Shown here one piece after another: positions 56,367-64,000 of a stretch of DNA of 64,000 nucleotides (its first letter is position 1; each line of letters starts with the position of its first letter). The notes below the pieces were generated by a model that saw nothing but the letters and a program-made list of their open reading frames with translations, made no database searches and was not told the DNA's origin. This DNA comes from Longimicrobiales bacterium (GTDB lineage: Bacteria; Gemmatimonadota; Gemmatimonadetes; Longimicrobiales; Gaopeijiaceae): contig CBDFIQ010000002.1 in NCBI GenBank assembly GCA_965248195.1, positions 1,600,001 to 1,664,000 on the forward strand, in the 5' to 3' direction. The position numbers and the translations under genes are program-made.

Positions 56367-58069
56367 CGGCTACCGTCCGGCAACGCAAAGACGTAGATCG
56401 AGTTACCGTGGTTCGGCCGGCGAATCTCTGGGATCAACTCACTTGGAATGAGCGTGGCCCAACTCCCACCGCCGACTCCAGCCGGCACGGCCACGTACTG
56501 CTTTCCATTCGCCAAGTACGTCACGGGAAATCCCTGCGCCGAGGTCACCAGACGCGTCTGCCACAGGATCTCCCCAGTGACTGCATCGTAGGCGTACACA
56601 TAACGATCAAAGTCGCCTGCGAACACGAGGCCGCCGGCCGTCGTGAGTGCGGCCGTATTGATCGGGGACACCGTGCGATGGCGCCACAACGGCTCTCCGG
56701 TCGCGATGTCCAGCGCTTGGAGTTGACCCAGATGGTCCGGGCCGTCGGGATGTCTGTAGTCGGCGCGCCGGACCGGACCGGTCCCGCCCCCACCGATGAC
56801 TCGTTCGGTCGGGCCGAATGTGGCCCGCTCGCAGTTGAGCGTCATGGGGATGTAGAGGGCGTTGGTTTCCGGGTTGAACGCCATTGCGCGCCAGCTCTTG
56901 AACCCGGAAGTGCTCGGGCACATTGTCATCTCGACGCCGATTTCGGGGATCATGTCAGCTAGATATGTGACTTCACCGGTCTCGGGATCGACATCCACGA
57001 TGTTCTGATATCCGAGGTCGGTGGCGTGGATGAAGGCACCGGTCTCTCGATTGAGCTGCCAGAGAATCGCCAGCTTGCCCATCTTGAACAGCGAGGGCTG
57101 CCCTCCTACGTCGATCAGGATGTTCTCGAACCCCTCGTCCATGTCGTTCGTCTCGCCGGGAAGGTGCTGGTAGTACCAGACCAATTCTCCGGTATCGGGA
57201 TCGAGCGCAAGCGTCGAATTAGTATAGAGCGCATCGCCATCGGTACCGCGGACCGACCGGGCCCAGGGCTTGGCCTGAGAGGTGCCCCAGTAGACCAAGT
57301 TGGCTTCCGGGTCATAGCTGCCGGTGATCCACGCGTCGCTCCCGGCCCTGAACTCCAGTGGCAAGTCGCCCCACGTGTCGCCGCCGGACTCGCCGGGAAG
57401 AGCGACGGTCGCCGTTCGCCACTTTTCCTCGCCGGTGTCCGCAGCGAGCCCTACGATGAAACAGACGTCCTCCTTGTAGCGCTCACAGCCGGTGATCCCG
57501 GCGATCACCGTGCCACGCACGACGATCGGGCCGGCCGAGTACTTGTATCCAAGGCCCGAGTCGGCCGTCTCCGTGTCCCACACGACTCGCCCTGTCCTGG
57601 CGTCCAGGGCAACGATATGCGCGCCGCGCGTGGCCCCGAAGATCTTATCACCGTAAATGGCAATACTCTTTTGAGCCCCGATTCCCCCGCCTTCCGCGCC
57701 AGGCTCGACCTCCGGACGATATTCCCAAATCAGATCTCCCGTCGCTGCGTCGAGCGCCTGAATGACGTCGCTGGGGTTCGGCAGATACATGATCCCGTCA
57801 TACACGAGAGGCGTCGTCTCCTGCGGGCCGGACTCGTCCATGGCCCACGACCAAACGAGCTGGAGCTGGCCGACGTTGTCCCCATCGATCTCATCGAGCG
57901 GGCTGTACCCCCACGCGTTGTCGGTGCGCCTCCAGTTGAGCCAGTCGCCTGGAGCAGGGTTGCGTAGCGTCTCCTCGGTAACCGGGTGGAAGTCGGTCAC
58001 CTGCGCCAGGAGGCCGGGGCTCCCCAACAACAGTGCGATAGAAACCGAGACGACGGCGCGCTCTATCAT
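56363..58069 (-). CDS. PQQ-dependent dehydrogenase-like beta-propeller protein
   Basis: GDWLNWRRT...YSPL, ETTPLVYDGIMY, repeated ALDA.TG..W blades, YYQHLP, GKQYVAV. Confidence 0.85.
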   Translation of the reverse strand: MIERAVVSVSIALLLGSPGLLAQVTDFHPVTEETLRNPAPGDWLNWRRTDNAWGYSPLDEIDGDNVGQLQLVWSWAMDESGPQETTPLVYDGIMYLPNPSDVIQALDAATGDLIWEYRPEVEPGAEGGGIGAQKSIAIYGDKIFGATRGAHIVALDARTGRVVWDTETADSGLGYKYSAGPIVVRGTVIAGITGCERYKEDVCFIVGLAADTGEEKWRTATVALPGESGGDTWGDLPLEFRAGSDAWITGSYDPEANLVYWGTSQAKPWARSVRGTDGDALYTNSTLALDPDTGELVWYYQHLPGETNDMDEGFENILIDVGGQPSLFKMGKLAILWQLNRETGAFIHATDLGYQNIVDVDPETGEVTYLADMIPEIGVEMTMCPSTSGFKSWRAMAFNPETNALYIPMTLNCERATFGPTERVIGGGGTGPVRRADYRHPDGPDHLGQLQALDIATGEPLWRHRTVSPINTAALTTAGGLVFAGDFDRYVYAYDAVTGEILWQTRLVTSAQGFPVTYLANGKQYVAVPAGVGGGSWATLIPSELIPEIRRPNHGNSIYVFALPDGSR

Positions 58070-58393
58070 CGGTCGCTCCTCCCATGTGGTTCAACCGGAA
58101 CTGGACACTGTTGCCGGGACCATCGGCCACAGCGTTTGATTCCAACGAGATTGCCGCTGAAGATCGTTGGGGCAGCCGCTACGCCGCAAGCGACTCCGGG
58201 ATCGCATCCCCCGCGAATCGGCAGCAGGAGGTACCCAGCCGGGCGTCTCGCCGGACCGCTGTCCGGTCCGTTCCTTGGTCTCCTTGTCCACGGCGGCTTG
58301 CTGGTCCCGACCCCGCTCCTATATGATACGGCGGGTCCCGGTCCTCCCTCGCCGGGCAACCCATGATCCCGTCAGCCATAGGAGTCCGAACCG

Positions 58394-59749
58394 ATGTCTC
58401 AGAACCTGGCGCTAAATCGCAGAGCGTTCCTCAAGAGTGCGGGAGTGACGGCGGTCCTTGGCGCGGTCGGTGCCAAACCTGCCTCGGCGACCACCGGGAC
58501 GAACGGTGTGCCGCCTACGCTGCTCTATCCGACGTACGACTTCGATGAGGTCTTCGACCGTGTCGGCACCGACTGCAGTAAGTGGGACAGCCCCATCGCG
58601 ACGTACGGGGAGAATATCGAGGTCGGGATGGGAATCGCAGACATGGACTTCCGAGCGGCGCCGTGCGTCACCAAAGCCCTTGCCGAGCGCTGCGCGCACG
58701 AGAATTGGGGCTATCTGAGGAGGCCCGACTCGTACGTCCAATCGATTGTGGACTGGAACAAGCGACGCTACGACCTGGACGTCGATCCGGGCAGCGTCGT
58801 TTTGAACACTGGCGTTCACGCGGGCCTCATCGCCGCATTGCAGACCTTCGCGCCTCCCGGATCCCGGGTGCTTCTGACCGCGCCGGTCTACAGTGGGTTC
58901 TACAGCGATATCCGCTTTACCAGGACCGTGCCCGAAGATAGTCCCATGAAGCTTGTCGACGGGCGCTACTCGATAGACTTCGAGGACTTCGAACGGCGGG
59001 CCCGTCGCACCAACGCGTTCATCCTCTGCAATCCACAGAATCCGACGGGTAACTTGTGGTCCGCGGAGGACATGACGCGGATGGGGGAGATCTGCCTCGA
59101 GCACCGCGTCGTCATGCTCGTCGACGAGATCCATTGCGATTTCGTCAGAAGTGGGGAGCAGTACATACCGTTCGCGAGTCTGCCGAACAAGGAGATCGTG
59201 AACAACAGCATCACGTTCAAGTCGGCGAGTAAGTCGTTTAGTATTTCAGGCATGAAGGCGGCTTGGTACTTCTCGAACAACCAAGACTACATCGAGAGGG
59301 TGAGGGCGAACACCAGAGCGGACTTGAACACGCTCGGCATGGTCGCGACCCGGGCCGCCCTGACCGAGGGGGACGAGTGGCTGGACGAGTCGCTCGTGTA
59401 CCTCGACGGTAATCTCGACTTCGCCGAGACCTACATCAGGGACAACATGCCGCTCGTGAAGTACAAGAAGCCCCGGGGAACCTACCTTGCCTGGCTCGAC
59501 GTCAGTGAGGTCGTCGAGAAGATCGGTGCGAAGAGGACGGCCGCCGAGGAGAGTGCAAGCTCGGAAACAGAAGTGACCCCGGAGAGGATCGTTCAGCGGT
59601 GGTTCGCCGAGCATGCGAGGGTCTACCTGAATCCCGGATCGTCCTACGGCACGGGGGGCGCGGGGCACATGCGCATGAATCTCGCAACCACCCGAGCGCT
59701 CGTGGAACGGGCCCTCGGGAACATGGCGAGCGCGCTAGCGAGGGTGTAG
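58394..59749 (+). CDS. Tat-signal PatB/MalY-like PLP enzyme (cystathionine beta-lyase class)
   Basis: LNRRAFLK Tat signal, MGIADMDF, LCNPQNPTG, DEIHCD, SASKSF, GTYLAWLD, RMNLA. Confidence 0.85.
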   Translation: MSQNLALNRRAFLKSAGVTAVLGAVGAKPASATTGTNGVPPTLLYPTYDFDEVFDRVGTDCSKWDSPIATYGENIEVGMGIADMDFRAAPCVTKALAERCAHENWGYLRRPDSYVQSIVDWNKRRYDLDVDPGSVVLNTGVHAGLIAALQTFAPPGSRVLLTAPVYSGFYSDIRFTRTVPEDSPMKLVDGRYSIDFEDFERRARRTNAFILCNPQNPTGNLWSAEDMTRMGEICLEHRVVMLVDEIHCDFVRSGEQYIPFASLPNKEIVNNSITFKSASKSFSISGMKAAWYFSNNQDYIERVRANTRADLNTLGMVATRAALTEGDEWLDESLVYLDGNLDFAETYIRDNMPLVKYKKPRGTYLAWLDVSEVVEKIGAKRTAAEESASSETEVTPERIVQRWFAEHARVYLNPGSSYGTGGAGHMRMNLATTRALVERALGNMASALARV

Positions 59750-59754
59750 AACGC

Positions 59755-59789
59755 TACCGCCCGGCGGGCAGGTGCACCGCCGGGCGGTA
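59755..59789. terminator. Perfect 13-bp hairpin between convergent genes
   Basis: TACCGCCCGGCGG-gcaggtgca-CCGCCGGGCGGTA; no U-tract. Confidence 0.55.
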
Positions 59790-59839
59790 TCATCATGAAC
59801 GACCGTTGGAGATCCTCAGCTCAACCGCTCTATAGGTCC

Positions 59840-60988
59840 TCAGCTCAAGACGCTACGGAACACCTGGACCGCCTTCTCCATCTCCTCCATCGTACCGAGC
59901 GAAATCCGGGAGTGTGTCTGCTCCATGGGCGGGAAGTCTCGGCCCACGCGTATTTTTTGTTCCAGACACGCCGCCCGGAACTCGCTCGCCGGACGCCCAA
60001 GGTCGAGAAAGATGTGGTTGGTGTGGTTGTCGGGAGCCTTGAACCCCATGTCCCGGAACGCGGCGAGCGTGAACTCACGAACCCGGGCGTTCTCTGCCCG
60101 CTCCTCGTCGATATGTCCCGAATCCGTGATCGACGCCATCGCGGCAGCCGCGGAAAGCGTGTTCATGCTGCCGAGACCCCACGCCGACCTGATCGCACTG
60201 AGGGTCTCGATTTTCCCGATCGCGTAACCGACCCGCAGACCTGCCATCCCATGCGCCTTCGAGAAGGACCGGGTGATAAAGACGTTCGAAAACTCCTGCG
60301 TCAACGGGGCCGCGGTCGTGACCGCCGGGTCGGAGGTATAGTCGATGTAGGCCTCGTCGATCAAGATCTTCGTGGCGGGTGATGCCCGCATCACCCGTCG
60401 GACAAAGGCCTCCACCGCAGTCGCCGGGTGCGCCGTCCCGGTGGGATTGTTCGGGTTGCAGAAGAACACCATGCCCGCCCCGCGCGAGGCGTCCGCCATC
60501 GCATCGATATCCAGGCCCAACGAGCCGTCGACGGGGATCATCTTGATCGGCGCGCCGATCCGACTCGCCGTCTGGTCGGGCCTGCCATAGCTCGGCGCCC
60601 CGGTGACCAGCGGCTTGGTCGCCGAACAGAAGGCGCGGACCGCACCCTCGAGGAGGGCACCCGAGCCCGTGCTCACGACGACATTGTCTTCCTCGACGTG
60701 GTATTTTTCGGCGATCGTCGTTACCAGATCGTTCGTGTGGTCGGGCGGATATCCTCGCCCCGCCCTCACCGAGATCGTTTGGTGCAGCGCCTGCATCGAC
60801 TTCGGGCCAGGGCCCCGGGCGTTCTCATTCGAGCTGATCCGGATGATCCCGTCATCATAGGGCATCTGCTCCGACTCGGGCTCGAACTCGGCCGCTTCCA
60901 GGCCACGGCCGATGATGAACGAGTTGGACAGGATCCCGGCCGTACCCAAGCCGACCGTTTGAGCGAACCCGCGACGTGTCAATGACAT
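59840..60988 (-). CDS. Tat-signal HisC-like class II aminotransferase
   Basis: MSLTRRGF Tat signal, ISSNEN, CNPNNPTG, IDEAY, RSFSKAHGMAGLRVGY; RBS GGAGG. Confidence 0.85.
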   Translation of the reverse strand: MSLTRRGFAQTVGLGTAGILSNSFIIGRGLEAAEFEPESEQMPYDDGIIRISSNENARGPGPKSMQALHQTISVRAGRGYPPDHTNDLVTTIAEKYHVEEDNVVVSTGSGALLEGAVRAFCSATKPLVTGAPSYGRPDQTASRIGAPIKMIPVDGSLGLDIDAMADASRGAGMVFFCNPNNPTGTAHPATAVEAFVRRVMRASPATKILIDEAYIDYTSDPAVTTAAPLTQEFSNVFITRSFSKAHGMAGLRVGYAIGKIETLSAIRSAWGLGSMNTLSAAAAMASITDSGHIDEERAENARVREFTLAAFRDMGFKAPDNHTNHIFLDLGRPASEFRAACLEQKIRVGRDFPPMEQTHSRISLGTMEEMEKAVQVFRSVLS

Positions 60989-61122
60989 GACATCCTCCCT
61001 GAACCGGCGAAAACCCGGCACCGTGTGGAGCCGGGACTGGCTGACGCTCAGCATCATAACGCCATGGCGGTACAAAATCCAAGATCCTGTGTGGAGCGGT
61101 CCTCCTCAAAGGCGCGCTCCCC

Positions 61123-62046
61123 CTACATCATCCGGCTGATCAGCTTCTTGCCTTGCTCGCTGCTGAGTCCCAGGGGACGGCGCGCGAGGGGGGGAGCGCC
61201 GTCGGCGATGACCATCTCGAGCGAGTCCAGGGAGGGCCGGTCGTTCTCGTGGAACAGCCCGATGTAGATTTCGTCTCCCCACGCCATCGCCTTCTCGCAG
61301 GCCGCCTTCCAGTCGCTGGGGTCGTGTCCTTCGTCTTCAAGCTTCTTGATCCGCGGCTTGAAGAACGCGAAGTCGTTGTCGAGGTTGAAGGTGACACAGG
61401 GACTGAAGACGTCGATGAGCGAAAAGCCCTTGTGCTCGATCCCGTTCTTGATGAGCTCCGTGAGGTGCTTGGGGTCGGCGCTGTACCCCCGAGCGACATA
61501 CGTCGCGCCGTTCATGATCGCGGACGTGATGGGGTTGATGGGATACTCCAGGTTCCCGAAGGGAGTGCTCTTGGTCTTCATCTCGGGGCGGCTGGTGGGA
61601 GAGATCTGGCCCGTGGTAAGGCCATAGATCTGATTGTTCATCACCAGATAGGTGAGGTCGATATTGCGGCGCGCGGTATGCATCAGGTGGTTGCCGCCGA
61701 TGCCGTAGCCGTCACCGTCCCCGCCGGTCGCGATGACGTTGAGCTCGTGGTTCCCCAGCTTGGCTCCTGTCGCCACCGGCAGCGAGCGCCCGTGCAAGGT
61801 GTGCATCCCGTACGCGTTGAGGTAGCCGGGCAGGTTGGATGAGCAGCCGATGCCGCTCACGCACAGGACCTCATGCGGCTTGAGCCCGAGCTCGAAGAGC
61901 GCACGCTGGAGCGAGTTCAGCACTCCGAAGTCTCCGCAGCCGGGACACCAGTCGGGTGCGACCTTACCCTTGAACTCCTTCGCCGACTCGGGGGACCGAG
62001 CAAGCTCGAGGCCGATCATCTCGGCGGTGCTTTCGGCGGTGCTCAT
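61123..62046 (-). CDS. korB: 2-oxoacid:ferredoxin oxidoreductase beta subunit
   Basis: WCPGCGDF, SGIGCSS, HTLHGR, GGDGDG, NNQIYGLTTGQ, SPCVTFN. Confidence 0.92.
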   Translation of the reverse strand: MSTAESTAEMIGLELARSPESAKEFKGKVAPDWCPGCGDFGVLNSLQRALFELGLKPHEVLCVSGIGCSSNLPGYLNAYGMHTLHGRSLPVATGAKLGNHELNVIATGGDGDGYGIGGNHLMHTARRNIDLTYLVMNNQIYGLTTGQISPTSRPEMKTKSTPFGNLEYPINPITSAIMNGATYVARGYSADPKHLTELIKNGIEHKGFSLIDVFSPCVTFNLDNDFAFFKPRIKKLEDEGHDPSDWKAACEKAMAWGDEIYIGLFHENDRPSLDSLEMVIADGAPPLARRPLGLSSEQGKKLISRMM

Positions 62047-63824
62047 ACGATCATCTCCTGATGCGGCACGTGGATGTCTGCCTCGCTCTGTAACAGCTCG
62101 AGGACCCCTTCAACGACGTGGTGAGGCATGAACGGCTCCCCGTCGTACTTCCGGATGTGTCCGTTCGCGGAGAAGCCGGTCTCGCTGCGCAAGTACCGGG
62201 CGAACTGACCCGAGTGGCTGTTCTCCACGATGAGGACCCGCTTTGCACTGGACAGGACCTCCTCCACCACCTCGCTGTGGAACGGAACGATCCATTTGAT
62301 GGCGAATTGATTGGCGACCACTCCCTGCTCGGAGAGCATCTCAATCGCCTCTCGGATCACTCCGTAGGTGGAGCCCCAACCGACCAGTGTCACTTCGGCG
62401 TCTTGGGGACCCTCCAAGGTCGGTGCCGGCACGCCAGCGGCGACGCCCTCGAACTTCCGGGCGCGCTTTTCCACACTCCTACGCCGTTTGTGCGGATGCG
62501 TGAACTCGTCACTGATGAGTACTCCGTCCTCGTCGTGCTCGTCCGTCGCCACGACATGGACGAATCCCTCGATGCCCGGCGGCACTCGCGGTGAGATCCC
62601 GCTCTCCGTGTCGGCGTAACGGAGGTAGTTGCCGTTGGGAGTAGGATCGAGGAGAAAGTCGCCTCGATCGATCTCGGGCTGAACCTCGATGACGTCCGGG
62701 TCCACGCTGTACGTTCCTTCCGAAATGAGGAGATCGGAGATGATGATTCCAGGGCATTGGGCGCGGTCCGCGAGGTTGAAGAGCTCGGGGACGGTGTTGT
62801 ACGCGTCGAGGCAGTTCTTGGGTGCAACGATGAAGCGCTCGAAGTCGCCCTGGCTGGCGCCGAGGACCTGCCAGAGGTCGCCCTGCTCCGTCTTCGTTGG
62901 CACGCCCGTCGAGGGTCCGGCACGCATCACGGTGATGAAGACCGCGGGGATCTCCATCATGGCCGCGGCCCCGATCGCCTCCGTCATCAGCGCGAAACCA
63001 CCACCGGAGGTGGCGCACATGGCGCGACAGCCGGAGTGGGCGGCGCCGATGGTCATGTTGGCCACGCCGATCTCGTCCTCGACTTGACGCACCATGATGC
63101 CGAGCTCGTGGGAGTGCTGTGCCATCCAGTGGAGGACTCCTGTCGAGGGGCTCATGGGATACGCGGCGTAGAACTTGACTCCGGCGGCCGCTCCACCCAT
63201 GGCCAGAGCAGAGTTTCCGGTCCACATCGCGAGCGGCTTATCCCCCTCCGGTAACGGAACAGGGTAGGGCTCGAAGTTGCTGGCCCCGTGGTCGAAGCCG
63301 GCTTTGGCCATGGTCACGTTCTCTTCGACCACGGCCGCTCCCTTCCGCTTGAACAGCAGCTCCAGAGACTCCTCCAGCACGGAGAAGTCGACGCCTATCA
63401 GGGACATCATGATACCGAGTGAAATGGTGTTCTGGATGAGCTTGTTCTTGCTGTCCCCGGCCAGCTCGGCGACGGGCATCGGGCAGAGGACGACGCCATC
63501 CGGCGCCGCGCCTGGCTCGACCTTGTCGCTGTTATAGAGCACCCGAGATCCCGGCCCGAGAATCCCTAGGTGCCGGTTCATCGTGTCCTGGTTGAGACAG
63601 AGCAGCAGGTCTATGCCGTCGCCGTGGCTGAGCACCTCTTGGTCGCGAATGCGCAGCGTCAACAGGATGTGTCCTCCGCGGATGATCGACTGATAGGCGT
63701 TGTACGCATAGAGGTGCAGACCACGCCGGCCGAACATGCGAGCGAGGATGTTGCCCGGCGTCGCGATTCCTTGTCCGGCGGCCCCCCCGATGGCGATGCT
63801 GAAGTCGAGACCGTTCACGCTCAT
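62043..63824 (-). CDS. korA: 2-oxoacid:ferredoxin oxidoreductase alpha subunit (gamma-alpha fusion)
   Basis: GGAAGQG, IRGGH, YPMSP, QVEDEI, ATSGGG, RAGPSTGVPTKTEQGD, VGWGST; ATG after AAGGAG. Confidence 0.92.
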   Translation of the reverse strand: MSVNGLDFSIAIGGAAGQGIATPGNILARMFGRRGLHLYAYNAYQSIIRGGHILLTLRIRDQEVLSHGDGIDLLLCLNQDTMNRHLGILGPGSRVLYNSDKVEPGAAPDGVVLCPMPVAELAGDSKNKLIQNTISLGIMMSLIGVDFSVLEESLELLFKRKGAAVVEENVTMAKAGFDHGASNFEPYPVPLPEGDKPLAMWTGNSALAMGGAAAGVKFYAAYPMSPSTGVLHWMAQHSHELGIMVRQVEDEIGVANMTIGAAHSGCRAMCATSGGGFALMTEAIGAAAMMEIPAVFITVMRAGPSTGVPTKTEQGDLWQVLGASQGDFERFIVAPKNCLDAYNTVPELFNLADRAQCPGIIISDLLISEGTYSVDPDVIEVQPEIDRGDFLLDPTPNGNYLRYADTESGISPRVPPGIEGFVHVVATDEHDEDGVLISDEFTHPHKRRRSVEKRARKFEGVAAGVPAPTLEGPQDAEVTLVGWGSTYGVIREAIEMLSEQGVVANQFAIKWIVPFHSEVVEEVLSSAKRVLIVENSHSGQFARYLRSETGFSANGHIRKYDGEPFMPHHVVEGVLELLQSEADIHVPHQEMIV

Positions 63825-64000
63825 GGAATTCTCCTTGAATGGGGGGCCTACCTCGGCCCGCCCAAAGATAGTCAGATCCAAAGAGCCCGTGCACGGGCCG
63901 GGGTAACGTGAGGGGCAGGACCGAGCGAGTCAACACAGCGAATCAACCCAAGCTCTGGGGCCAGCGTGCGAGGGTCGAGCGGGCGCTGAAGCATGCACGA

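Overview
GC-rich bacterial chromosomal window, most likely Gemmatimonadota (inferred from a remnant of a 'RLNAGLEGRYR..REVGEG' Ser/Thr kinase N-terminus, DUF5916, choice-of-anchor B and TonB-plug-like lipoproteins). Main contents: (1) 0.4-10 kb: a two-subunit NAD-linked formate dehydrogenase whose alpha subunit is split in the ORF track by an in-frame UGA (selenocysteine, with a SECIS-like hairpin). It converges on an operon of a ThDP enzyme, formyl-CoA transferase and an ADP-forming acyl-CoA ligase, a probable oxalate/formyl-CoA catabolic module. (2) tRNA-Pro(TGG), then a degraded accessory island (13.9-19 kb) with a HEPN-like gene, an integron attC-like site, a truncated AlbA_2/Schlafen gene, an IS3 element and a stand-alone GIY-YIG protein. 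A second attC-like half-site lies at 24.3 kb. (3) An IS256 element, then a gene missed by the ORF track: an exported DUF411/CopG-type metal-binding protein whose CGCC motif reads UGA-GCC, followed by a SECIS-like hairpin sharing the GGUC apex of the FDH element. This candidate selenoprotein is the best novelty candidate. (4) Mostly secreted hydrolases, transporters and redox proteins, ending in korAB. Several short tandem duplications sit at gene 3' ends. All product calls come from recognising motifs by eye; no database searches were run.
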